Assembly: GCA_040954595.2 (NCBI GenBank)
Contig: CM082593.2
Location: forward strand, 3,551,434-3,615,433
Origin: Balanoglossus misakiensis
Taxonomy: Eukaryota; Animalia; Hemichordata
Length of the DNA: 64,000 nucleotides
Reading direction: 5' to 3'
Each line of letters begins with the position of its first letter. Within the stretch, counting starts at the first letter, position 1. The notes beneath the pieces are model-generated. The model worked only from the letters and a program-made list of their open reading frames with translations, was not told where the DNA came from and did no database searches. The position numbers were made by a program, and so were the translations under genes. Positions 13,901 to 30,117 of the stretch are shown here, piece by piece.

Positions 13901-16415
13901 AACCATTTTTTGTACAGAAATTGAAACCTGCATGGACACCAAGGGAAATATGTACAACGAAGGCGACCAGTGGAGAAACAGCAAATGTGAGACTTGCACG
14001 TGCGTCAACGGCGTTGCCGACTGCCGTGCCAAGACCTGCCCATCTGTCCCTGAAAACTGCCGACCAGTGGAGACTGACAACCACTGCTGTCCACAATATG
14101 TCTGCAATGACCGTAGGTTGATAATTCCCCTTGGATACAATACCCTCTACTTTTGCTTAAACAGTGGTATAGCCTTGTGTTCTCCTTTAGGGGTCATACC
14201 ATTTTAAAGAGCTTTCAAGGTACAATTCAGGAGCATTTCTCAAAAGAAGAAGGCAGCATAATTGATCATTTTTGTCTCAATGCTTGTGATGTTAATTGTG
14301 AAAAATTATTTTGCAGATTGCATTGATGTGAAGGCAAACCGTCATCAGGTTTTCGACAGGTGGAATCTGGACAGCTGTACTCAATGTACATGCTACGATG
14401 CAAACATAATCTGCCGCTCACAAGATTGCCCGACTGAAACCGAGGAAATCCCCGAAGGGTGTCAGATGGTTCCACAAGACGGAGAGTGTTGCCCATCCAA
14501 ACTGATTTGCAATGATGGTGAGAATTGATTTGCAAACTATAGACCGACTTTACCAATATGACATTGAAGTGTGTGGTTATATAAATAATTTTGACGCTGA
14601 AATTTCAACCCTATACTGCTTTTACGTTACCATCAGTGGAAAGTATTATCAGATGTAAACATTGACACAGATTTCATTGGTATTCATTTTTGTTTTTGTA
14701 GACTGTCCCATTGACCAGCCAATCGTAACATGTGTAAAGAACCCCTGCGATGATGCGTACTGTGGCTCAAACCCCGATGCCAGTTGCCGTGCCAACTACT
14801 GTGGCAGCTGCAAAGCCGAATTCTACGACGAACACAACAACAAAGTAACCTGCCAAACAAGTGAGTTGGCGTAGAGAATCTACATCCATTCTCATAGTTT
14901 TCGCATATGCAGATGTGGCTTAAAAATGTCATTGAAAATAAAAAAATATATTGGACATTTTTTGACACACATGTAGCCAATAAACCTATACCCATTTCCT
15001 TATGCTCAGTTTAACCATAGACATAGACCCCCTCTACTGTCTATGGTTTAACCCTTTTACCACCATGGTTCAGTCCAAACCCATTGTTTTCTATGGTAAG
15101 GTTGGACTTTTATAGCGGGAACAGGGGGTGAAAGGGGGTAATACTCTTACTTAATTCATACATATCCTGATACTCTACTACTATAGCTGAAGCCTGTCGC
15201 TCCGACGTTATTAAGACAACCAATGACGGCACAGAGATGACACCCAGGTGTACCCCAGATGGCTACTACTCACCGAAGCAGTGTGATAATACCGGTGCGT
15301 GCTGGTGCGTTGACCGTACTGGAGAAATGGTCGAGGACACCCATAACTTCATGGGAGAAGATGTAGTCTGTGAAGAAGGTAATAAGAACCCTTACAAAAC
15401 ATTCAAGTCTTAATTTTAATATAGAATGCTATGGGGCTACATAGAAATTTTCGTAGGGTATATTGAGTCAGCTGGTACTTACGAATACGACCCCTCAAGT
15501 TGCTACCATATCATTGTGTTTGTCCCTGCCCATTCAGAGCCACCATGTTACAAGGAAATGCGAGACATCCAAGACAAGCTGAACCACAACATCCGTGTGG
15601 AGTCCGACCCTAGCTGCGACAACCAGGGATGGTACGTACCACGTCAATGTAACCCGTCAACCAACGAATGCTGGTGTAGCGAGAAGGATGGCACCGAAAT
15701 CCTTGGCTCTCGCAAGAGCATCGACCAAGACCTGAACTGCAGTAAGTAATCATGCAGATTCTGAGTTCGATACTAATTTCAATATTCATGAGGATTGAAT
15801 TAATTTAAATATACACGTAGGGACAAAAGACTTGTGGCTTAAATCAGAATCACTGGCTCACACATACATGTATTTGCCGAAATTCCTATCATTTTTTCTG
15901 AAAACTGTCAGAGAAACGTAATTTCCTGCATCAGCTAATCCTTTTGTGAAACATTTTCATTCTGATCTGTGATTATGTAAATCATATGTTAATTTTCAGA
16001 CATGCCATGCTTCGGTGAGAAACATGACGACAGGTGTAGTCTGACCAACAGGTGTAGTGGAGACAAGTTCTGCCATTATCTCCCAAACAAAGACGAGGGA
16101 TACTGCTGTAAACGCCCCAAAAGTAGGTCACAAACCACCTTCCCAACAATATTGATATAAGTGGAACAGCGACCTTATACTTATATTAATACACTTTAAG
16201 CTCAGGCAAGAGATAAGTTTGGATCAGCGAATATAAAAGTAGACATGTTACGTGTATACACATAGTTCATCACATGTCTGTGATTGTTTACCATTCTGCT
16301 ATAGATTTCAAATACCATAGAAAATACGGGGTCCAGGGCTTTCCAGGGTACATTTGAATTTTCTTTCAGCACTACCAAGACTCTAATGCTGTTTATTTTT
16401 TCCTTTACAGACTAA
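1..16415 (+). CDS. 5'-truncated multi-exon gene for a very large Cys-rich modular protein: WAP x3 - antistasin-like x~17 - WAP - antistasin-like x~26 - WAP - VWC x3 - thyroglobulin-1 - VWC x2 - Cys-rich module - thyroglobulin-1 x2 - terminal Cys-rich module
   Basis: About 50 short exons with phase-1 GT-AG introns. WAP motif C-x2-D-x-[DE]C-x5-CC-x2-GC in exons at 1-222, 408-557, 698-847, 5372-5533 and 12217-12361. The repeat C-x(4-7)-C-x(3/5)-C-xxG[YLF]AT[DN]xxGCxxCxC fills 1190-12001. VWC motifs (W-x3-C-xx-C-x-C...CCP) at 12554-13324 and 13918-14518. TY1 motifs (QC...CWC[VS][DE]xxG) at 13464-13679, 15187-15379 and 15538-15742. The stop is at 16413-16415, or at 16384-16386 if the upstream acceptor at 16369 is used. 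The start lies upstream of the window. Confidence 0.9.
7870..7963. repeat. Compound (GGT)n/(GAT)n microsatellite, intronic
   Basis: Directly visible trinucleotide runs between exons 7737-7841 and 8003-8197. Confidence 0.95.
15048..15141. mobile_element. Single copy of the same piggyBac-like MITE in an intron of the Cys-rich gene
   Basis: TTAACCCTTTTACCACCATGGTTCAGTCCAAACCCATTGTTTTCTATGGTAAGGTTGGAC...GGGGGTGAAAGGG closely matches 61434-61527. Confidence 0.7.
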
Positions 16416-17165
16416 ACCAGTTCCCTTTCTTTGAGTGTACATTTTCAAGAGCTGATTTCAACTACAGTATTTTACCCTTTGTAATTTTTTCACCCTAAAA
16501 ATTCAGGACCTAGTACTTTTCGTAGTAGTTCTCTGATTATGGCAGATTTTTATACATTGTACCTTGTGTGATTGTTTTTGTGCCAAAACTCATGACAACT
16601 TTGTACCATCCATCTGATGATTTTAACACTTACAGAATCTTTTCACAGCACAGGATTGGTGTAATTAATGAATTAATCAACATAGCTGAAAGCTAACTTT
16701 TTACGAATGTCATGTTTTTTACCTTGAAGAAAAACCAAAATATTTTACACTGAATAAAATCATATCTTGCATTTTCAAAAGCATTATATTGTTGCCATTG
16801 TCTTTTATTTCCATTTATGCCACAGCAAATAAATTTTACGTTGCACAGAAAAACATAGTCAAATCTAATACCTTTATTGCTTAAATCAAGCAGTTTGCAC
16901 AAAATCAAAATACAGGCCATATATGTCTTTATCACCACAAACACATTTGGAACGATGAACAAGTATGAGCACGTTGATTGGTTCGTCACTTTCTATGAGA
17001 AGCTGGATTACCAATCAAAAGCCTCTTTATGGTCTGACAGCTCAATGCCTCGGACATAATCCACTCCATTCAACACATTCAAGTACAGTATACTAAATTG
17101 TTATATTGTCTGATTTTTCTATGTGGACCACACGCAGAATCATCTCTTGATACCTCTCCAGGAGT

Positions 17166-20565
<3,400 letters not shown>

Positions 20566-21132
20566 TGTGGAGTATTGCCAGGCTATATTAAACCCAGAGA
20601 CCGGGAAAGGGACCAAGAACTGTGTGATGCTACTTGGCTAATCAATCAAGGTACACATCTGGTTGCACACGACCCTCTATCTAGTATCTATCACTAGGGC
20701 TACAAAAGTTGCTATCGGTGGGGTGGTCAAAAGCCAGTCTTGAAGGTTTCCCAAACCAGAACGCCCATTTGTCATGAAGTGACAAATTTCTTAAATTAGT
20801 TAACTCCCTTTATGCCACAAAAGTATATTGCACATATGCACAACTCACGAAAAGAAACTTTGCGTTTTCAAAAATGACCCCACTATTTCGTACCTGGCCT
20901 GCCCCTTAGAAATTAGACATCTACGGTACGCGTACTACTAGTATATTCCCTGAACTGAAATCCGACCACCTGAACAACTCGAATTAATTAGGAAATAAAA
21001 TAATTGATAATGGTGTAGGCTTGTTTTCATTTGCCGTCTTTTCCGTTAAGTATTTGCGCACATCCGTCACACCCCTTTAAAATAAATGCAGGCGTCCAAA
21101 ACTTTGACCTCAAGTGACCTGACTGATCAACA
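20566..21132. promoter_or_regulatory. Divergent promoter region between ADH5 and SLC25A16 copy 1
   Basis: 567 bp between oppositely oriented ATGs. Confidence 0.55.
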
Positions 21133-23669
21133 ATGGCGGATACCAGTAGTACTACTGTGAACGAAACTACGAAGTCGCCGGCTTTTATCGCCAAATCATT
21201 TGCAGCTGGAGGTAAAAGAGATCGCTTTGATGGAAAACGATTATTTTGCCAGCCTCCAACCAGTGACGTTTTGATCGTTAATGAATATTTGTTGTCAAAT
21301 CTAGAATGATAGATTGAAACTTTCATACCGTTTACCAAGTATGATACAGATTACTTACGCAGGCATATGAAACATGACATGAGATTGACTGTATGCATGA
21401 TTGCAGATGCCGCAGCCTGTAGATGGAGGTTTTGTCTGGTGTTAAGGTGTTAACCGCAAAACTATATATTTGCCCCAACACAACGCAAAACCTCCAGCTA
21501 ATTATGATTGGGGGACTGCAGCCAAACACACAACACATCAGCAAACTAGGTGTACATGGTTTGTGGAGGATACCATGGTAGAGATCTTAAAATCTATCTC
21601 ACTTGTTCTCCAGGGATAGCAGCATGCTGTGCCAAGACGAGTATAGCACCTTTGGACAGGATCAAAATATTACTTCAAGCCCACAATGCACATTACAGCC
21701 ACCTGGGTAAGTCACGATCATGATTGCTGCACACCTATGACCAACAATATATAGCAATGAATCCTTCCGATGTCAAACATCCAGCTTGGATGTAGTGCTT
21801 AGGACTGACATATGACAGCCTTCTTGCAAAGCTATTGATGGACTGTCGTATTTTATAGGTGTTCTGTCAACATTGGGTGCTGTCAAACACAAAGAGGGTT
21901 TCATGGCACTGTACAAAGGCAATGGTGCAATGATGGTCCGGATATTTCCTTATGGTGCAATACAGTTTATGTCGTATGAACAATATAAAAGGGTAAGATT
22001 CCTTTTATTTCAATGATGGTTTATTAACGGAAGTGACTCTTCTACAGCGATTGTCACTGCGGTATTAATGACATCTTGTGTATTTTTCCCCTACAGATAG
22101 GAAGGGATTACTTCGGTCATCATCACCAGTTGATAAAGTTGGCAGCAGGATCAATGGCAGGTTAGTAGTCAAGTGACACATGTCAACTTCGATCAAGTGA
22201 CTATATTTCACCTAAAAAATATCACAGTATGTCTTTGATTTCCCCCCTTTTTATAAGCATGATTTATGCTTCAGATATTTCTTTTTAATCATCATGACTT
22301 CATTTTGTCTCCAACCAGGCATCACAGCTGTGACATGTACATATCCTCTTGACATGGTCCGAGCAAGGCTGGCGTTTCAAGTTACGGGGGAGCACATTTA
22401 CGACGGAATTTTCCACACTGTGAAAAGTATATTTCACCAGGTAAGATGAGTGGAATTCACTCCTTCATCCAATCTAGCAGCACTGTAAAAAAAATTGTGT
22501 CACCTCAGGACATGTAGAGGTGTTGAGACCAGCGCCCTCATCAGTCAAGCTTAAATGGTCTTATGTTTTTACTACTTTTTCAGCACTGTACGTATGAGTT
22601 TTATAACCAGAGTAAAACCTCTGCTATGCTCCTAATTTTTCACCGAACATAAAATGAGAAGGGGGGGAATCACAGTAACTTCTGTGGTAACTTTTTTTTT
22701 TCATCCCGGCATCTTTGTAGGAAGGTGGAATCAGGGCACTCTATCAAGGCTTCACACCAACAATTATGGGTATGGTTCCATACGCAGGTAAGATTCTCAA
22801 TTTTTGCTGCTTGTGTAACCTTGTCATTGAATTGTTAGCATGACTGCCAAAGTAAATATGGCTTCCTTTTATCAAGATAATTGTATACCAAACCTGATTA
22901 TGATTAGAATTCTGTTATATAAGATTATGTGAACTTTGTTCCCTTTTTGTTACAAACATTTTGTACCTCACATCAGTTAATATATTAAAATGTTACCAAA
23001 TGTATTCCAGATGCTCATTTTATAAACTATTTTTCCTTCTACAGGGCTTTCATTTTACACATATGAAACCTTAAAGGCTTTCTTTCTAACACATTTTACA
23101 CAATGGACGTGCAAACCTTCCATGAAACACCCAGAAGAGAGTGTACTAAGGATACCAGTGACATTTTTGTGCGGGGGTTTTGCAGGAGCTATAGCACAGA
23201 CTGTATCGTAAGTTTATCTGCAGATTTTGAATTTTTAAGGTTTTTAGTAAATATTTACAGTGTAGCGGGTGGTGTTTTTGGTAAATATTATACAGATTTC
23301 AAATTTATAGGCTGTTTAATTTCAGATACCCATTAGATGTTGCAAGGAGAAGAATGCAATTAGCAACCATATTACCAGATTCTCACATGTTCAAGTAAGT
23401 CTGCTGTCAGGGCTTTGTCATTGTCTGTGTGCTAACAGACATAGCTTGACACCACTAAATTTTTTCTTTTCTGCAATCTGACTCATTTCAGGAGCTGGTT
23501 TCAAACGTTGGTTAACGTGTACAACAAGAATGGAATTGTCAAGGGACTTTTTCGAGGACTCAGTATAAATTATCTGCGTGCAATACCACAGATTGCCGTC
23601 TCATTTACCGTGTACGAGTTCATGAAGCAGACTTTAGATTTAAAAACCGGTGTGGATACAGTCGTGTGA
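21133..23669 (+). CDS. SLC25A16: Mitochondrial carrier SLC25A16 (Graves disease carrier, CoA-transporter-like), copy 1, 9 exons
   Basis: FAAGGIAACCAKTSIAPLDRIKILLQAHNAHYSHLG, LYKGNGAMMVRIFPYGAIQF, TYPLDMVRARLAFQV and SYPLDVARRRMQL give three Px[DE]xx[KR] carrier signatures. Canonical splice sites; TGA at 23667-23669. Confidence 0.92.
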
Positions 23670-25517
23670 AAATGTAGACTGTTTCGTGGAGAAAACACGT
23701 TTATCTCTGATTCATTTTCCAAGATGAAGACAAACAGACAAGATGGCCGACTAAAATGTTTGTACTTAACACAGTCACTATGGGGATATGTTGTAAAGCT
23801 AAAGGAAAAATCCCAAGAGGAACAGACAAGAAAGCTATATCACAGTCATCCGTATTGTTTACCACGATGTCAGTGAAGCCTACTTATTAAGAAGTTGAAG
23901 CTGTCAACTTAACTGCAGTAGCCATAAAGATTATAACACTGTCCATGGATTGGATGGATTGAATTTGCTGAAAGTGAAATATAACATTTTAACGGGGAGG
24001 TTCACATTTTTTTTTCTATATGCATGAGTTTAACTTTCTGAGCTCGTGACTTTGTAAAAGAAGGCTTCATACATCTGAAACTTTTTCTTGCTCATACTCT
24101 ACTCTCAGGACTGAAATTTGAGAAAGTTTTATTGATTTTAAATATGAGTTTTGCTGATTTTAGGTTCTTTTCTTAAAATTATGATTTTAATGATTTAAAT
24201 GCTTATATTTAATAGTAAAAGACTGTGTTGCAGCTGTTCAGTTCATAACGCAAGAGTTTGTTTCTTGTCCAACAAGTTTTACGTCAATTTTATGATGATT
24301 GTCTTGCCTTTTATCTTTGTCTGTTCCAACAAGTCAGTATACTTTTTTGAAATTTTGCATATCACTACGCTCTTCTATGCTTATTGTACTGTGAATATAA
24401 ATGAATTCTACCTCTTTGTGGGCTTAGATTACTTCAAAATGAACAAATATGTTCTTTAACTCTCCTACTTTATTATCATGAAGAATTGGGAAGCTCATTT
24501 TTTTTCCAAACCAGTACTTTTTTCACAGTGCATTTCCTATGCATGCTTTTCTAACTACAATATTGACAATTTGCCTATGAAATGTTTTCATTTCTGTCCA
24601 ATTCAATCATGCCCTGGTGTTGAATAGGTAGAGTTTGCCAACCATGACAGAACTTTCATAAACAACAATATTTAACAAAGCTCAATTGTACATTTGTGTT
24701 CAATTGGGTATCCCACTTGCTCAGCCATGACAAAAACAAAAGTGAAATGTTTGTTTATAAAATACCACCGTTTTAGAATGTGCTGTAAGTATTTGTACTT
24801 AATAAAATGATCTGCTAATGAATCTTTGGAGTTCAAGTTGCTTTGTGTCTACTATCAGAGTAAGTTTTTTGTTTATATATTTAAGAGCTATGATTTCTCT
24901 GGTTTACTCCGGCAACATACAATCATGTACATGTAAGTTTCATCTAGGTTTTTAAAAGGGGAGATCCCAAGGCTTTACCATTGGTTAGCACAGGTACTAT
25001 GAGTGGCGGATGTGCATATGCACGTGACTTTATCATCTGTTTTTTCATTCACTCAAACTGAAAGAACAAAGTGATGTTGCTCACGCAATAAATCCCTTAT
25101 TTAAACTGAATCACCCACTAAGTGTCCGGTGCGGGACAGCCGCCGAAATGTTCAGTCGAGTCCCCTGTTGTAAAATCGTCTCTTCCTGGTCGCCGTGACC
25201 TTTCAACTTTGCTGCTTACGACACCGTTGAACGCGCACAAGCGCGATCGCACGCACGCACGCACGATACGTTGATTCCATGTCAGTTACATAAATGTACT
25301 TTGCATCAAATCCATTTCAAGTTGTGACACATGACGCGATCAGCTGCCTTGCGTTGCTAAAACACTTCTCAGATCAAAAATGGTGAAAACTATCGATCAT
25401 TGAACTCGATCGTCAATCGTCATGCTGTGAGCCTTGGATTGGAAACCAATCGTGTACGGTGTGCTGCAATATAATTAAGCTTCAGATATATAGTTTTATA
25501 GTTACAATATAGCAGAG

Positions 25518-28251
25518 ATGTCGGACAGCACAAAATCTCCGATGTTTATAGTCAAATCCTTCGTTTCCGGAGGTAAGTACCAGTTTAGGTGTCAGTAGCA
25601 ACGATCGCGATGGTTGAGTTTATAGTTTGTGCAGTTGATCTAAATGTTCTGATGCCAACTTTTACTGATGTACAGCTTGGGTAATGTTTTTTTTTATTTT
25701 GTCAGCAGAAAAAAACTTGATATAACAAACTGCCATTCATCGCATGCATAGAGATACCTCTGTTCAATCATTCAATAAACTATAAAAAAAATCTTTAAAT
25801 CACGTGCCATTATTTGCTGAAGCAATCACTTTAGAACGTAACACGCCTGAGTAGATGTGAACATATCTTTGTTAATGATTCCAGACACTGCCTCTACACA
25901 TACTATGTAACACTGAATAAGAATTTATGAGACTTGCTTATTTTAACTAACTGTCTATGTTTTAACATGGAGAGAGTTGATGATTTTACTGCAATCTTGC
26001 ATCATTCATATCAAAAGGTCAAAAGTGCTCCACCATGAACATATGCTTGTGTATGTCCTCACAATTTGATTTATATTGACAGGTATATCAGGAATGACAT
26101 CAAAGACATCCATTGCACCCTTAGAGAGACTCAAAATCCTGCTACAAGCACACAATGTACACTACAAACACCTTGGTAAGTTTAGCTCGAATTCAGGACT
26201 TTCAATTGGTACTTTTATTTTGTCCCAGCAATTTGTTTGAAGTGATTAATTGGCTCAATTTCTTTGGTGTGTATCCGTTTCTGCAGGTGTGTTTTCCGGA
26301 CTAATGGGAATATACAAGAAAGAAGGGCTTCTGGGATTTTATAAAGGCAATGGAGCCATGATGGTCAGGATATTCCCGTACGATTCCATTAAATTTATGT
26401 CCTACGAACAGTACAAAAAAGTAAGTCACATTGCACATAAACAAAGAATGAATGATGAATTCAATGTACAACACATAAAAGCCTATTGTTTTCACAGGAA
26501 AGGAGAGTTGCAAGGGGCATTGATAGATGTGGTGCTTTTATGACAAGGTTATTACCATTCATGAAATCATCTGTTTATTAAATTGTATCTCAAATCTTTC
26601 TTTTTATCTAGCTTACGGTGCATTATCTTGGGCCCAAAAGTCATATTGGTAAACTACTGAATGGTGCACTTGCTGGTATGTATACATGTCTATTACAAGC
26701 CTTGAAGAATCCCACCCCAAGCTTGCACATCCTACCGGCTAATTTTTATATCTCTCATCAGGTGTGACAGCGGTAACCTGCACATACCCACTTGACATGG
26801 TCCGAGCCAGACTAGCTTTTCAAGTCACGGGTGAACACATATATACAGGGATAGGACATGCCTTGAAAAGTATCGTCACAAAGGTATAATTTCAATGCAT
26901 GTAACATTCAGACCAATCTATTTTTAATTTTACATGTCTGTGCAGTTACGCTTATTAACTGCATGAACTAGTTAGAGTTGATAAAAGGAATTTGATTTCC
27001 TTTGTTAAAACAGGAAGATGGGGGATTTACTGATATTAATCAAAACAGTTTTATTGTGTTTTGCTTTTTCATTGGGGTCAGTAAACTTTTAGCATGCATT
27101 TGTGCCACAAACTGAATGTGAATCTTTTGCTATTGTTCCTTTGTGATTTGAGTATAACAACAGAAATCTATTATTCTACAAAAGATATTGTGTCCCACTG
27201 CATTGATGTTTCAGTGTTTGATTTCTACCATAACATGGAAGAATAATTCTAAACAAAAATTGTGATTTCTGATTTCGTAGGAAGGCGGACTTAAAGCATT
27301 GTACAGAGGTTATACACCGACTATTATGGGAATGATTCCGTATGGCGGTAGGTATCTTAAAATTCAGTCATGTTTTGCAAATGTGGCCTACTCTACTATC
27401 ACAATATTTTATGGGATCATTTGAATTCAATTCATGTTTATGTTTCTCTCTACCCAACAGCGCTTTCGTTTTACACATTTGAGCACACGAAGTACCTCTG
27501 CTTGACGTATGCACCAGGCATTCTGGGAAAGAAATCAGCATCCACTGATGAGGTTGTGTTAAGAGTTCCCGCAAGCCTCATGTGTGGCGCCCTCGGGGGC
27601 GCAGCAGCACAAACAATATCGTAAGTTGCTTTATGAACACAAGTGAAATAGAGTTGAAAGTCAAATGAACTTACAGTAGCTAAGCTCTCAGTCAGATGCT
27701 ACCTGACCCACTGAAAAATCAATAGGTATGACATTTTTCTAACACTAGATCTAGAGTATAAGTAGGTTTGACACGAACAGTACTACGTAGACACTAAATA
27801 TCCTGTAATATTAAAACTATTGACCATTTACTGTTTGTAGATTTCCTCTAGATGTTGCTAGGAGACGAATGCAACTTGCAATGGTTCTGCCAGACTCGCA
27901 GGATTTCAGGTGAGAATTGCTCCCATATACCGGTATGTACTGCATGTACATTACGAAATTTAAATCATGCACCCGTCCTGTGACTTTGGGTGAAAGCCTT
28001 GTTGTGGGCCAAATATTCAGGTGACTGTGCTTTTTGACATGAAATTCTCACCTAATTTCTCTCCTTTTGGTTTCAGCAATGTCTTTCGAACGTTGGCAAC
28101 AGTTTACAGACAGAACGGCATCATCAAGGGACTCTACCGAGGACTGAGTATCAACTACCTCAGAGTGGTACCACAAGTGGCAGTGTCCTTTGCGACCTAT
28201 GAACTCATGAAACAGGTCTTCCATTTGAAGACCGGGATTCAGAAAAACTGA
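25518..28251 (+). CDS. SLC25A16: Mitochondrial carrier SLC25A16-like, copy 2 (tandem paralogue, same 9-exon structure)
   Basis: MSDSTKSPMFIVKSFVSGG, KTSIAPLERLKILLQAHNVHYKHLG, YKGNGAMMVRIFPYDSIKF, TYPLDMVRARLAFQV and FPLDVARRRMQL. The frame is intact and intron positions match copy 1. Confidence 0.9.
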
Positions 28252-29323
28252 GACCCACCGAAATGAAGTCATTTTAGCTTGCAGGGTTGAGTCGCTGACT
28301 CCAAGATATTTGGAATGGCAGTGGCATGTGTGTTTTAGTGTAAATGTGTTTTTTTTTACGTTTGACCGCAGTGCATGTTTTATTTGAATATTAACCTTCA
28401 TACTTTTGGGATGGGTGTTCGCGGGGCAAACAATATCAGTTTGGGGTCGGTTACTGGAAATGCTAAAATAATTATGCAGCATTAAATTAATTTATCAGAA
28501 AAAAAAGTATTGCTATAAAGCCAGGCTCACCTTCATCGTGTATCCTTTCTGTCACTTTTTATAGTCAAAGTCATCTCCACATTTTGAAAACCTGAAACAA
28601 TAACAGAGGATACATTTAAATTTTGCCCCGCACAGGATTTCCTAATGCATATTGAAGACATTCAGATTCAGCCACTAGGTTTTGTCTGTATCAACTTCAA
28701 ATTTAGAAAACACAACTCACTGCCTCAGACTATGGTCATGACAATCTGAACTCTTCTGTGGAAGGGATGAGGCTGAAAATGTAGTTATGGACAGCACTTA
28801 CGCTGAACTTCAGACATGTCAGATGGAAGACATGGAAGCTGGGTCAACTGCCCTCAAGTGGCAAATCTTCCAGTGCCTGGATACCTCAACAGATGCACCA
28901 TTGTGTATACATGTAGTTTGTTGAATCATTTTATTGTACAGAAGAGCGAATGGAATACAACTGTCTATTTACAATGACAAATAAAGCATTCATAATTAAT
29001 TCAGATTTTTCTGTTTAGCTGTGCTTGGTCTACAGTCAGTATCTTCTTCTAACGGCTCCACTTTTACAGACTACTCGATTCTTCCACGTTTATACAAAAC
29101 ACTACGGTTCTACCAACATTACAGAGATGTGAATTGACATCTAAACTTCCCTGTTATCTAATTCAATGCACATATCCTTTTTCCCCCTGAGATTCCAAAT
29201 GAAACAGACTGGCAGCCCCTTCAGAAATAGGGTTATTCCAAGTGGCTTAGAAATACAGGGGTGTGCAGCTGGGTGTACGGCTGATGATGCAGCTAAGAAT
29301 AAGTTGACATGATGCATAAATTT

Positions 29324-30045
29324 TCAGCTGTCATAGTTGAACTTCTTGGTTTCCTTCGCACACTTCCACATGGCCTGCATGATTTTGGTCACTCCGGTGT
29401 CTTTCGATTTTTCCAGACCCCTCATTCCGCGGTTCTTCAACACGGATACAAACTCCCTGTGGCTAAGCTTGCCATCATCTGAACAAAACCCAAAAAACAT
29501 AATTATGAGTACCGGTAAATTTAGGAAGATATCACAGATATCTTTGCCTTCCAGTACAGTGCAAAATTTGAGCAAATGCCACTGGAAATGTCAAAACTGA
29601 GTTTATGAGTCTGTATAACTGAGACTTACTGTTTTCGTCAAATAGAGTAAATATGACGTTGACAACATGGTCACTCAGCTCAACACCAGCTACCATCTTG
29701 CCAACATGTTTCAGTGTATCTAAGGAGAAAAAACAAACCAAAACATTCACTCCGTAAATCATTGCGCATTGAGAGTTTACAGGATAATCTTGACTAACAA
29801 TACACACAGTGCAATCTCACCTGGATCAACAGGGGCTCCTGCCACCTGATAAAATGTAAGTGCAGTTTCTACATCGTTTATACTTCTTAGGAATCTTTGT
29901 ACATTGAGAAAATCTTCTAGTGATATGCCCTGATGAGAAAGATTGATATAAGTTATTTTATCATCAAGTAATGAGACTTGCATTCATCTGTGACAAACTT
30001 GGACGATGTTACTTCATAATCAAGTATTCTGACACTTGCATAGAC

Positions 30046-30117
<72 letters not shown>

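Noticed and set aside
23670-25517. Short ORFs between the SLC25A16 copies, and similarly in 39787-41983 and 57092-60031
   Set aside because: AT-rich 3' UTR or intergenic sequence with no recognisable motifs or coherent exon chain; no tRNA, rRNA or other structured RNA gene could be supported by eye.
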